In this document: positions 40,249 to 50,376 of the stretch, piece by piece
Layout of the letters: every line of letters starts with the position of its first letter
Numbering within the stretch: position 1 is the stretch's first letter
Assembly: GCA_045047305.1 (NCBI GenBank)
Contig: JASFYO010000002.1
Coordinates: 96,001 to 160,000 of the forward strand
Length of the DNA: 64,000 nt
Reading direction: 5' to 3'
DNA from: Planctomycetota bacterium
Lineage (GTDB): Bacteria > Planctomycetota > UBA1135
The notes under the pieces: generated by a model
Databases searched by the model: none
The model's input: only the letters and a program-made list of their open reading frames with translations
What the model was told of the DNA's origin: nothing
Program-made: the position numbers and the translations under genes

Positions 40249-41168
40249 CGCAAACGCCTCCCCCCTGCAGAAACTGGGCTTTGACTACTGTAGCGCGAGG
40301 CAAAGAACACCTCACTGCGTGCCTTATGTTCCGCCGGCAAGCTGCCCCGCCGGCCGCGAGCAGTGATACTCAACGAAGGGAACTGGCCAGCCACGCTCAC
40401 CCATTCAGAATCTATCAACACCATGTCGGGCATGCGACTTGGAGCATTTCCGCGCAATAGCATGGTGGTGGGTTCCTTGTTGATTGCATGATCTAACAGG
40501 GGCGGATGCTTTCGTGCAGTTCCGGACACATGTTCCACATTGAGCTCTATGCTTGCAGGAAAGTGAAATGGCTGCCCAGCATCGACGCGAAACTTGGTCT
40601 TTTTCTCGCTGCCATCGTGGGCCACAAACTCCGCCCACAGCACACCATCCATTAGGACTAATCCGTTCCCGGAACGCAGCACTGCATTCGCAACACGCTT
40701 GTCCTGCAAAGGAGCCGATGGATCTTCCACCTTGGCGAAACGGACCAAGCGATAAATCTTACTGCCCGGCGCTTCCGGGACCATGCACCACATCACTTCA
40801 ACCGCAGCTTGAGCGGAAGGGTCGATCTCGGGCAGAGATGCGCCGTCGGCCAAAAAGCGCAAACGCGGCATGAAGGTTGAGGGTTGTCCTTCGGTAGCTG
40901 GTGGAATCTCCCATTCGTCTAAGACCATCCAGCCCCGGGCGCCCGTATGCATCGCGCGCAAGTCGCCACGGAATCGTTCGACGGTTGCAGCGTAAACCAA
41001 ATCCCCGCGCCCGCGGCGTTCCCCGGCACTCCAAAGGTTGAGCACGGAATCCATGATTTGAATGACGAATGCTGACAACACTCCAAACAGGAATAGCGCG
41101 AGCATCACCTCTAATAGGGTCATGCCACGTTTGCCGCGGGCCTTCAAAGAAAGCGTGGCCGCATTCAT
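40245..41168 (-). CDS. Prepilin-like minor subunit (GspJ/PilW-like)
   Basis: Class III signal RG|MTLLEVML. 307 aa. Confidence 0.88.
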   Translation of the reverse strand: MNAATLSLKARGKRGMTLLEVMLALFLFGVLSAFVIQIMDSVLNLWSAGERRGRGDLVYAATVERFRGDLRAMHTGARGWMVLDEWEIPPATEGQPSTFMPRLRFLADGASLPEIDPSAQAAVEVMWCMVPEAPGSKIYRLVRFAKVEDPSAPLQDKRVANAVLRSGNGLVLMDGVLWAEFVAHDGSEKKTKFRVDAGQPFHFPASIELNVEHVSGTARKHPPLLDHAINKEPTTMLLRGNAPSRMPDMVLIDSEWVSVAGQFPSLSITARGRRGSLPAEHKARSEVFFASRYSSQSPVSAGGRRLR

Positions 41169-44100
41169 TCTGTGATCTCCTGACTGCGCTCAATCCGAGT
41201 ATTGCCGAGATAATCGACTAGCAGATTGCGCAGGCGCGGCGCTTGAGTCCAGCCAACGGAGCGGAAGGTTGCAGGGTCAAACGCACCTGGCCCCCAATCG
41301 AACATCACCCGCAGGTCGAGGCGATCGCTGTAGAAGCCAAGCTTTTGATATCCGCCCTGGACAACATCTTTACCGCGCTGAAAAAGGGTTAAACCAGGCG
41401 TAGTGCGTGGGTCATCCTCCCAAGAAGCTGGCCCACTGCGTGCAAGAACACGAATGGAATGCGAGTTGTCCGGTAACTCTGCTTGGTATTGAATCCCGCG
41501 CCAGAATGCTTCCGGCTCATTGAATCCCAATTGCAGCCACGCACCGACACCACTGTCAGACTCAGGGACATAGTTATCCATCCAGCGATTGGGGAAACTG
41601 TAGACCAGGGTGCCTACCTGATGATTCGCCGGTTGAGTTCCAAAACGCCCGCGCAGAATGCCTTGCCCAACTTGACCTTCCGGACCGCGGCGTTCTCGCG
41701 GCATAGCCAATCCACCGCCAACACCACGCATGGGTGTATGCAGCAATTCCGAATCGATCAGAAGCATGCCGCTACGTCCGAAGCCTAATTGGTTTTGAAC
41801 TTGTATCGTCTCGGAATAGGAAGTGAGATTGCTATTGAGTACCGAGGAGGCGCGACTATCCATAAGGCGCACCGTTGCGCCGGTGCTGTGGGCGCGGACC
41901 TCAGTGCCAAGGAATCCCCGACCATTCGATGCAATGGTGAATTCGCCGTTGGTGGTATCGAGATCAGAGTAAGCGATGAGTTCGCCGTCGATATCTAGCA
42001 AGCCGCTAGCAGGGAGAATGCTTAGCCAGTCACCGGGTTGAGCATTCGGATCACTCACGCGGAATCCATCCTGATAATAATCGCGAGGATTTACCCGGAC
42101 CGTGGACATGGTGCCTTGCTGCAGGTCTTCGCGCAGGAAGAACGCTCCCCGGGCAGTACGCACACCAGTTCGTCCCTGACCACCGACTGCAGTAAAAGAT
42201 ACTTCATCCACATAGCCCTGCAGGTTTGGCGAACCGCCAGAAGCAGTGCCGCCTACGACCAAGTTACCAAAGTTACGTGGACGTTCATGGTTGGGGAACT
42301 TGCTTAGACGACTGAACTCACGGCGATCACCACCTCTTGGAAGCGTGGCAAACTCCCCTACAGTATGGCCGGTAAACGGAATGCCTGTCGAGGCATCAAA
42401 GGCGACATAATTCACCCCCAAACGCACCCGGGCCCCATCCGGCAACGGGTCGGTTGGCGTATTCACGGGATCGTGTGCCCAACTCACCTCAAACCAAAAT
42501 GGCAGGCTTTGTTCACCGGCTTGCATCACAGCAACGCGGTCGAAACGCCCAACGTAGCCATAACCCGAATCCACCAAGCCGTTCGGGAGCTTTTGCGTGT
42601 TAAACACAGGCACCATTTCTTCGCCAGCGGTATGCGCATGATCATAAGTCCCCATCACACCACGAAAATTCAAGTTGTAGGCATAAGCCTCGTTCGGGAA
42701 GCTAGTCGGCTTCTTATGGCTAGCAAGGCGATCGTCACGATCTTGAACGGGTTCACCTAGCCAGGTACGTCCAGGATTCGTAGGGTCCTGGGGGAGCCAG
42801 CTAGTGTTCATGCCGAGAGGCTCGGCAGCTGGATCGGGCAAGGAGAAATCCTCTTCCGCCAACGAGGAGTCAATGATTTCAGAAAAGGTGCGCGTTAAAT
42901 GATCCCAATTGTCACGCACAAAGTGTCCTTGAAAAATATGGTCGTAGCGAATCCACTCCAATTCCTGAGGCCGGCTTTTGCTCCCAAGTTGTACGTAGGC
43001 ACTGAACTCATCTGACCCAGGTTGATAAGTCAAATCAGATGCGCCGGAAGCATGAACCGAGATTGGAATCACGGTAATGTTCAATCCCTGAACCTGGTTT
43101 AGGAAACGCCCATCAGTGAACTGAACGTCTCCGGAGTACTCCACTAGGTGAGTGATTCCTGTGGTACTAAGACTGGTATTCCGAGCGCCATCCCGTGGTG
43201 CATTGACAAGCCCGGGCAAATCTTGAACATTGCGCCGAGCGATGGTCAGGACATCGCCGGTACGAGCGGAATATTCAATAATCTCGACGCCGCCAATCGG
43301 GCTATCGTCCTCGGTATTGGTCGCTGGCACTGGGCCAGAAATCAGATAGGCATAACCCCCATCCGACTGAAAAGCACCACTGTAGAAGGTGTCTCCAGGA
43401 ATCCGATACATAGGTGCAAGCTCTAGAGGGCCCACGTAAGAGGCATTGATGCCCTTGCCTAAGTTCGGGATCACGAAACCTTGATTGGTTAGCGCGGTGA
43501 TGTCTTCTCCACCAACGAAAACACTTGCCATCGACCAAGGTCCAACATCACCGGAAAGGCTTTTACCGCCAGGGGGAATGTTGCCTTGAATCAGGGCAGA
43601 GTAGCCGTACAACTCCACCGCACATCCGGCTGGGTGTTTGGTGTCGATTGCAAAGGCGTCTCCATCTGATTTCTCACGAATGGCACGTCCTCCGAAGTAC
43701 TGCCCTGGAACTAAATCTGCATTAAATGATGTCTGGGTCTTCGATGTGTACTCAATAATCTCTGGCCCAATCCGGAGCACCCCGCGGTCAGGGAATCCAA
43801 CGGTAGATTCCACGCTAATGACATTGCCTGTGGTAGAGGCATCGTATTCGTTTAGCGCTGCAGTGAGATAAGTGAAGCCATCAATATCGCCACGCGGAAC
43901 TCCGTCGATGAGCACCTGGACACCGCGGTGGGAGAAATCGCGAATCAAAACCGATAGATGGAACCAACGGTCAGCCAAAGGGTATTCCGCGGGATCAATG
44001 CGCACGATGATTTCTTCCGGCATACCTTGCAGATCATAATCGTCCGGCCCGGCGGTGCCCTGCACCCGCACCACCAACTCCCCCTGCTCCATTGCGGCAG

Positions 44101-46066
44101 TCACACGGTTACGGTCGTTTTCAAAACCAGCTAGCTCGAACAAAGTACCAGCCTGTAAATCTTCGCTAAAAAACCAAGCTTGAAAGCAAAGAGGTTCTAC
44201 ATCGCTAACATTCGAAACACCAGCTACGGTCCATTCCTCAAATAGGGGGCTGTATGGGCCCGTTTGAGGAATGTAACGCCCTAGCGGCGATGGGTCGAAA
44301 TCAAAGTGTTGTACCCGGCCGAGACCATTGAAAGCAAACTGGTCGGACTCTCGCGCTGGCATCGGGATGACAGCGGAAGTTTCAGGGTCCTTCTCCGGAA
44401 CCATACGTCCCGTTTCTTCCCATGTGCCGAGTTGAAGTGTTAAGCCATTCTCGGACGCGTCAAAATCTCCGGTGAGTGATCCCATGGAAACTGGCAGCGT
44501 CACCACACCATGCATGCCTCGCCCCCACCGGGTTGCGTCTTCTAACGTTTCTTGATCGCCAAAAAGAGACAACAGTTCACCAGCAGGGATGGCCGCCACA
44601 TTTTGTTTGAACGATGCGCGTGCAAGCGTGCGACCTAAACGAGAACGTACGGCTGCGTTGATGCGCTGGGTGTAATGATTACCACTGCGGTAACCAAACG
44701 AAGTCGTGCTTTGAAGCAGGCTACCGTTGTTGGGATCCATACTGTTTAGGTACAGCGCCCAGGAATCCGCATCGGAAATAGCGCCATCATCAGCTAACGG
44801 CTTCAACACGCGGTCCCACAAATCTTGAGGTCCATGCAACGGCCGGGCCTGCACCACACGGGCTGCAAAGCGTCGAGCCTCAGCAGGGTTTACCCAATCG
44901 CGACTACGTCCAGCGTTCGCTGGGGCAGCGCCATTTGCAGCCTGACCGGCAAAGGAAATAGGAGGGCTTCCATTAAAGGCAACACCAAGCGCAAGAGCTT
45001 CTACGATTTCTGGTCGACACGCATTGATGTCAATCGGCTCGCGACGCATGGGATAGACGCGAGTGGTGAGTGCATCAAAATCGGTGGGAAGCGGTGCCGC
45101 CAAACGCAAGGTTCCACCACCTGCGGCAATCACTAAGCGGTCAAGCGGATCTCCAAACTCTGGCAAAAAACGAACCACCGTCCCCATGTTGAAGTAGCTG
45201 GCTTCATCCACCCGCACTCGATTGGGATGCTCTGGATCGATCCGACGTACCGTCCAACTAGCTGGCTCCCAAATATCGGCGCCGTAAGCACCCGAACGCA
45301 ACACGCATTGGTCCTGCAAGATTTGCAGGTCGGTTGCCGGTAACAAACTATCCGCTCCGCCGCCTAAATCGAAGGCGAAGGCGTCGGCAAAGAACTCTGG
45401 CGGCACGTGCCCCTCCGCTTTAAAGTTCGACAAAACTAAAGTTTGCACCCGGGGGTCTTGCACCAAATAACCCTCCAAGAAACGTAATTGATCTAAATCT
45501 TCCGGCTCTGATCCATCGGGAACCAAGTCGGTAAACGCGGTTTTCGTTTTACTCAGGTACTGAATCCACGAGGTCCCCACCAAGATAAAGCCTTGCTCTG
45601 GGAATCCTGCTGTGGAATTCACCGGAATGGTACCGGCGCGATAGCTCACGTCGGTTTTGAGGAAGCAAGGATGCAGTAGGTTTTGCAACAACATCACTGG
45701 CGCTGTGGCCAAAGACACTTTGGCCTGCATACTCTCAATCTCTGCACCCCAAGATTCCGTTGAGCGCTCCCAAGCGGAGCCCAGAGCTTGCGGCATAGGG
45801 CCGATAGTGCTGCCATCCCACTCCGCAGCATCGTCCCATAACGGAGTTGGGTCAGAGAAAGGATGGGAAAGCGATTGCTGGAATGCTGTAGCGAGGGAGG
45901 CAGACTCCACCGCGACGCGGGCGGTCGAGCGGCTAAAAGTTTCACTCGACGCCTCGGAACGCATGCGACTTGCAAACAGGAACGGGACGCCCATGGAGAA
46001 CAACAGCGCCAAAGCCATCAGCACCACGATCAAGGCAGCGCCATCGCGATTCGTTATCTTTCTCAT
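41165..46066 (-). CDS. Giant GspK/PilX-like pilin with LamG-like and repeated beta modules
   Basis: RDG|AALIVVLMALALL lacks Glu+5 as in GspK/PilX. GspK-like landmarks IESMQAKVSL and PIDINA. 1633 aa. Confidence 0.8.
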   Translation of the reverse strand: MRKITNRDGAALIVVLMALALLFSMGVPFLFASRMRSEASSETFSRSTARVAVESASLATAFQQSLSHPFSDPTPLWDDAAEWDGSTIGPMPQALGSAWERSTESWGAEIESMQAKVSLATAPVMLLQNLLHPCFLKTDVSYRAGTIPVNSTAGFPEQGFILVGTSWIQYLSKTKTAFTDLVPDGSEPEDLDQLRFLEGYLVQDPRVQTLVLSNFKAEGHVPPEFFADAFAFDLGGGADSLLPATDLQILQDQCVLRSGAYGADIWEPASWTVRRIDPEHPNRVRVDEASYFNMGTVVRFLPEFGDPLDRLVIAAGGGTLRLAAPLPTDFDALTTRVYPMRREPIDINACRPEIVEALALGVAFNGSPPISFAGQAANGAAPANAGRSRDWVNPAEARRFAARVVQARPLHGPQDLWDRVLKPLADDGAISDADSWALYLNSMDPNNGSLLQSTTSFGYRSGNHYTQRINAAVRSRLGRTLARASFKQNVAAIPAGELLSLFGDQETLEDATRWGRGMHGVVTLPVSMGSLTGDFDASENGLTLQLGTWEETGRMVPEKDPETSAVIPMPARESDQFAFNGLGRVQHFDFDPSPLGRYIPQTGPYSPLFEEWTVAGVSNVSDVEPLCFQAWFFSEDLQAGTLFELAGFENDRNRVTAAMEQGELVVRVQGTAGPDDYDLQGMPEEIIVRIDPAEYPLADRWFHLSVLIRDFSHRGVQVLIDGVPRGDIDGFTYLTAALNEYDASTTGNVISVESTVGFPDRGVLRIGPEIIEYTSKTQTSFNADLVPGQYFGGRAIREKSDGDAFAIDTKHPAGCAVELYGYSALIQGNIPPGGKSLSGDVGPWSMASVFVGGEDITALTNQGFVIPNLGKGINASYVGPLELAPMYRIPGDTFYSGAFQSDGGYAYLISGPVPATNTEDDSPIGGVEIIEYSARTGDVLTIARRNVQDLPGLVNAPRDGARNTSLSTTGITHLVEYSGDVQFTDGRFLNQVQGLNITVIPISVHASGASDLTYQPGSDEFSAYVQLGSKSRPQELEWIRYDHIFQGHFVRDNWDHLTRTFSEIIDSSLAEEDFSLPDPAAEPLGMNTSWLPQDPTNPGRTWLGEPVQDRDDRLASHKKPTSFPNEAYAYNLNFRGVMGTYDHAHTAGEEMVPVFNTQKLPNGLVDSGYGYVGRFDRVAVMQAGEQSLPFWFEVSWAHDPVNTPTDPLPDGARVRLGVNYVAFDASTGIPFTGHTVGEFATLPRGGDRREFSRLSKFPNHERPRNFGNLVVGGTASGGSPNLQGYVDEVSFTAVGGQGRTGVRTARGAFFLREDLQQGTMSTVRVNPRDYYQDGFRVSDPNAQPGDWLSILPASGLLDIDGELIAYSDLDTTNGEFTIASNGRGFLGTEVRAHSTGATVRLMDSRASSVLNSNLTSYSETIQVQNQLGFGRSGMLLIDSELLHTPMRGVGGGLAMPRERRGPEGQVGQGILRGRFGTQPANHQVGTLVYSFPNRWMDNYVPESDSGVGAWLQLGFNEPEAFWRGIQYQAELPDNSHSIRVLARSGPASWEDDPRTTPGLTLFQRGKDVVQGGYQKLGFYSDRLDLRVMFDWGPGAFDPATFRSVGWTQAPRLRNLLVDYLGNTRIERSQEITE

Positions 46067-47100
46067 TGCGCAATCTCCTGGGTAAAGCGCCCTATCACAA
46101 AGGAGGCGATTTCCTCATCAAACACCTCTAAGCGCACAGGTACGCCGGCGGAATGGAACTTCGGATCTAATGTGCCGTAGCGGTCGAAATTCACTTTGTC
46201 TGAGCCGAAGGTCAACTTGACGTCGATGGGGAGCTCTGGGCCGGATTCCGCAACACGGGCCCAAACGGTGAACTCATCTAATCGTCCGCGCCAACCTTGA
46301 CTATCGTGTCCAAATCGAGCTGCTTCACGGGGTGAACCAAGCACCGGAGGAATGGCTACGCGCTTCACTTCCTTGCCGTCGATAACCAAAGCAGCGCTTC
46401 CGTCGGCAGCAACCAGTTTGATGTGCTGCCAACGATTCGGTTGCAGCGTTCCGACAGGGCTTTCGATGAGTACATCCTGAAACAACTCATCACCACCGTT
46501 GCCTGCTCGCAACGAAACCGCAAGGACGCCATTTTTGCGCACCCGCATGTCGAGCAATCCCTCCCAACGAAGCAGTTCTCCTCCATTTGAGTCCAGCGCT
46601 TCGAGGTCGAAGTCGAGAGAAAATCCGTGTTCAAGCTGAGGGTTACCGCGGCCAGCAACGGTAATCGATCCGCCCTCACGCAAATCAATCCCCGTACCAT
46701 AACGGCCAGTGGTTTCTAAACCAGCTGCTCCACTAGCCACAACATCTTCTCGGCCGCGGAAGCGCGGTTCAAAAGTGGCCTCCATCGAGCGGCGATAAAC
46801 GAATCGCCGCAATCGCTTGCTGCCTTGTTCCTTGTCGACGTCGACCACCATAACCGTGACGGGGTGTCCAGAGGTGCGTGCGCGATCACGGCTGCTTTCC
46901 AAAAAGGTTTCGACTGTGGACTGCAAACCCTTGAAGCCAGGATCCATACGATCGAAACCGGCTACGCCTATCCCCATGATGATGCCCATCAATACCATGA
47001 CAAAAAGCATTTCAAGCAAAGTGTAGCCTGTGGCTCTACTTTGCTTGGCACGTAGAAGACTTGTCCTTCTACTGATCGCCGGTGTAGGAAAAGAGATCAT
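46063..47100 (-). CDS. GspH/FimT-like pilin with LamG domain
   Basis: TG|YTLLEML, SRDRARTSG.PV, LamG motifs RWQHIKL/LVIDG/GRLDEF. Start uncertain (ATG 47100). Confidence 0.82.
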   Translation of the reverse strand: MISFPTPAISRRTSLLRAKQSRATGYTLLEMLFVMVLMGIIMGIGVAGFDRMDPGFKGLQSTVETFLESSRDRARTSGHPVTVMVVDVDKEQGSKRLRRFVYRRSMEATFEPRFRGREDVVASGAAGLETTGRYGTGIDLREGGSITVAGRGNPQLEHGFSLDFDLEALDSNGGELLRWEGLLDMRVRKNGVLAVSLRAGNGGDELFQDVLIESPVGTLQPNRWQHIKLVAADGSAALVIDGKEVKRVAIPPVLGSPREAARFGHDSQGWRGRLDEFTVWARVAESGPELPIDVKLTFGSDKVNFDRYGTLDPKFHSAGVPVRLEVFDEEIASFVIGRFTQEIAQ

Positions 47101-47686
47101 CTTCGGTCTCAAACAGACCATCTGCGCCTGCGGAGACTAGTTGGAAGCCACTTGGTTCATAGAAACTTCCGGTGCGCTCGCTGCGACCCGGTGAGACATT
47201 TTGCTCTTCATAGTATTCATCTTCGCCAGCCTGCACCGTGGCGCCAGTTTTGTTGCTGTAGTGCAAGCTCTCAAAGTAAACAATAGGATTGCCCCACTCA
47301 TCGCCGATTTCAAAGAGTTCACGCGATTGCAGAATGGTTAAGTTACGCGTAGTTTCATCGCCGTCAGTGTTAACCAGCCAATCCTGTGCAGGCCGTTCAC
47401 CGGAATATTCCGGGTCAAACAGAGCGAGGAACAAAGCCTCACTATGCGAGTTAAAGCGGTTGCTTGTAGTCCCTTTTGGCAGGCGATCATCGGGGTACTC
47501 GCCTTCCATGGTGCGGTAGCTTTGCAACATGATGGCCAAAGACTGCATCCGAGCTTTTGCTGCCCGCTCTTTGCTTTTACTAAACATGCTCCCTCCGACT
47601 CCTGCGAAAGCAGCCGCCAAAATACCGATGATGACCATGACGATCATCAACTCCATGAGAGTAAATCCTTGTTGTTTGGTTTTCAT
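47069..47686 (-). CDS. GspG-like (pseudo)pilin
   Basis: QG|FTLMELMIVMVIIGILAA, GEYP, DEWGNP, LVSAGADG..DD. Confidence 0.9.
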   Translation of the reverse strand: MKTKQQGFTLMELMIVMVIIGILAAAFAGVGGSMFSKSKERAAKARMQSLAIMLQSYRTMEGEYPDDRLPKGTTSNRFNSHSEALFLALFDPEYSGERPAQDWLVNTDGDETTRNLTILQSRELFEIGDEWGNPIVYFESLHYSNKTGATVQAGEDEYYEEQNVSPGRSERTGSFYEPSGFQLVSAGADGLFETEDDLFSYTGDQ

Positions 47687-50376
47687 TGGACTGCGTAAAT
47701 CAGTTCCACGTTATCTAGAGAAGCATCCACTGGCAAAGCAAGCGCGGTACGCACTAACAAGCCAGAAGCCATGACACCCGTTGGATTGCGCAAGCTACTC
47801 ACGGCTTCGGAGTAAATCACTTCGTCGTTGAAGCGAACCGTAAGAATAGGTTGCTTGGGTTCCCGATTCACATGGAAGGAGATGCGTGCCGTCTCGCCCT
47901 CCGCAAGCCGATAGGCCGTTTGACCATTTTCAGGGCGCGTGCCGCGCATCATGCTCCACCCGATTGCGCCTTCACGATCACGGATGACGCGGAAAGACCA
48001 GGTTTCTTTATTTCGGTTCTGCAATGCAATATAGGCAGCGGCGTCGCCACGATGCCCATTCTCGATATGCAGATCTGCAACAAAATCACGGAAGGCCAAG
48101 CCTGGAACCGTGTAGTAAGCGCTAGTTTCGGCAGCTCCGGAATGCTCCCCTTGAATCAATAAAGACTGATTCTCTAAACGCGGCTCCACTCCGGCACGGG
48201 CACCAGTCTGTGTATCCCAGCCTGGCCGCAAACGTCGTCCATCAAAAGAATCTACCCAGCGACGCATTTTGGCATGACTTAAAACACGGTCCTGCCAAGT
48301 TGCCGCATAGATGAACTGCAAGTCATCTTCACTCTCGCGCAGAGTATCTTGCAGATATGCAAACTCAGCAACGGCTGCATCTAAATCACCTTCTTGGTAA
48401 AGCACCATACCCTTGGCGTTTCGCGCAGCATTAAGGCTGGGATCCATAGACAAAGCCTGGTCGAATGCAGACATCGCGTCTTCAAGAAGATTCCGATGAA
48501 GTAAATTCAAACCATGACGCATCACCACTCCAGCCCACGCGGGAGCATCATTGGTATTGCGAACCCAATCCGGGAAGGCCTCTTCCAAGCTACGGAAAGC
48601 GACTTCAGCACGCCCGTAGGATGCTTCGGTGTAAAGCAAGTCTGCGAACTCAGCAAGAATTCCGGCGCAAACTGGAGCAGTACGCACCAAGTCTTGCAGG
48701 CCAAGCCGGGCGCCTTCTAAATCGCCATCGCGTGCAGCCCAATGCACTTGCAGATAGCGGCTGTAGAGGTGACGTGGAGAAAGTTCAAGCGCGCTTGCCA
48801 ATGCTTCTTGGGCCGCATCCGTCTCACCGATACGATCCAACCAAAAAGCCTGTGCGGAAAGAGCAGGTGCAGCATCGAATGGAGTCGCGGCTGCAGAGGC
48901 ACGTAAATCGCGAATAACCTCACCGGCAGCTCCACCATCCGCTGCTTCTGCGATACCGCGTAGGTAAAGCAAACCAGCATTCGCGCCGAAGTTGTCGATG
49001 GCAGTCCCTGCAAGCGCCCGCGCTCCAGAGAAGTCACCAGACAAGTAGGTCGAGGCAATCAATCCGGACTGTGCCCGCATTGCAGCGACTTTATTATTGC
49101 CTGCAGCACGTTCTGCATTAAGGAAAGCCTGGTTCGCTTCACTCCAATTCCCAGAGCGCATGGAAGCTTCACCTAAGGCAACGGCATTGCGTAGGGCGCT
49201 CTTAGAATTGCGTTGGCCTTGCATCCCCATGGCGCGCGTAAGAAGCTGACGGCCCTCCTCCACTCGACCGAGGTCAAGCATTAAGAGGCCTAACTCCATC
49301 GGAGCATTCGCATCCCCGGATGCGAGGTCGACCGCTGCACGAAACTGGACCTCAGAATCCGCATCCAAGCCGATGCGACGTAGGATGACACCCATACGTA
49401 CCCGCGGTCCTGCAGAACGCGCAAAGCGTCCTTTCTCAACGGTTAATCCGAAGTCCGGCAAGGTCTCGCCTAGATTCTCACCTGCGAGCATCGCGTAGAG
49501 GGCAAACGCGCGGTCGAGGTCAAATGTCCGTTCCCAAACCTCACCGAGCAACATCCAATTGGTGACATCGTCGGGGGCAAGACGCACGGCATCGCGCGCA
49601 AGCTCATCCGCGTATCCAAAAGCAATCGGCTCGGCTAGACCTTGATCCAACAGCCAATGCACAAACACACCAAGGTCTTGTACACGGGCGGCAGACATAC
49701 GCGTCCGCTGATCACGCACGCCAAGTTCAATCTGATTGTGCAAGGTATCGGCGAATCCGAATCCTTCGTATTCCTCGGCATCGAACTCAAGCTCAGCGCG
49801 TTCCCGGCCAGTGTAAGGGTCTACCTGCTTAAAGCGCAGGGTGTCGCCCTTGACGTAATCAAAACGACCATCGCCCAGGAGGTAACCGTAAAAGGTTGCC
49901 AACGGATTCAGCCGAACCCAATCGTAAACCTTGCGGTACTGATCGTCTTGATCAGAAAAAGTGTCGGCAACCGATTGATCCAAGCCAAGCAGGTCGGTTC
50001 CATTGGAGCCTGCGTCCACCAAATCATCTAATCCACCGAGAATGGTTGGATTTGCGGCAAAGAGGTGTTCACTCCAATAAGAGGCCCCGCTGTCTGGGAT
50101 TGGCGGTGGCATCAACACACCGAGAGGAGCCAAACTTGGGTCCGGCAGCTGCAGCGCATCGAGTGGCTCATCGGCGCTTGGTCGACGCAACAGATCACGC
50201 CGCGAGCCTTGCGCCGGAAGGGCCACAACTGGATTGGAAAGTGGCATTTGGAAGGCTTCTAAAGCTTTTCCGCCAGAGACACGTGGCGCACGTGGCGCCT
50301 CCTGTTGCATGAGGTTGTAAGTCATCAAGCTCAAGATGAGCAGAACAACAACCAGAATGATGGGTTCACGCTTCAT
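47683..50376 (-). CDS. Membrane-anchored TPR protein with C-terminal beta-sandwich
   Basis: N-terminal TM, Pro-rich linker, many TPR-like repeats, about 185-aa beta-rich C-terminus. Confidence 0.8.
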   Translation of the reverse strand: MKREPIILVVVLLILSLMTYNLMQQEAPRAPRVSGGKALEAFQMPLSNPVVALPAQGSRRDLLRRPSADEPLDALQLPDPSLAPLGVLMPPPIPDSGASYWSEHLFAANPTILGGLDDLVDAGSNGTDLLGLDQSVADTFSDQDDQYRKVYDWVRLNPLATFYGYLLGDGRFDYVKGDTLRFKQVDPYTGRERAELEFDAEEYEGFGFADTLHNQIELGVRDQRTRMSAARVQDLGVFVHWLLDQGLAEPIAFGYADELARDAVRLAPDDVTNWMLLGEVWERTFDLDRAFALYAMLAGENLGETLPDFGLTVEKGRFARSAGPRVRMGVILRRIGLDADSEVQFRAAVDLASGDANAPMELGLLMLDLGRVEEGRQLLTRAMGMQGQRNSKSALRNAVALGEASMRSGNWSEANQAFLNAERAAGNNKVAAMRAQSGLIASTYLSGDFSGARALAGTAIDNFGANAGLLYLRGIAEAADGGAAGEVIRDLRASAAATPFDAAPALSAQAFWLDRIGETDAAQEALASALELSPRHLYSRYLQVHWAARDGDLEGARLGLQDLVRTAPVCAGILAEFADLLYTEASYGRAEVAFRSLEEAFPDWVRNTNDAPAWAGVVMRHGLNLLHRNLLEDAMSAFDQALSMDPSLNAARNAKGMVLYQEGDLDAAVAEFAYLQDTLRESEDDLQFIYAATWQDRVLSHAKMRRWVDSFDGRRLRPGWDTQTGARAGVEPRLENQSLLIQGEHSGAAETSAYYTVPGLAFRDFVADLHIENGHRGDAAAYIALQNRNKETWSFRVIRDREGAIGWSMMRGTRPENGQTAYRLAEGETARISFHVNREPKQPILTVRFNDEVIYSEAVSSLRNPTGVMASGLLVRTALALPVDASLDNVELIYAVQ

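Noticed and set aside
41165..46066. Prophage interpretation of the tail-like repeats
   Set aside because: The repeats lie within a pilin-signal protein in a coupled pilin operon, with no capsid, terminase or integrase genes.
47040..47068. AAGGA RBS-like site followed by an out-of-frame GTG before the GspH-like pilin (possible frameshift)
   Set aside because: The frame is open from ATG 47100 and gives a normal basic prepilin leader. An error cannot be shown without reads.
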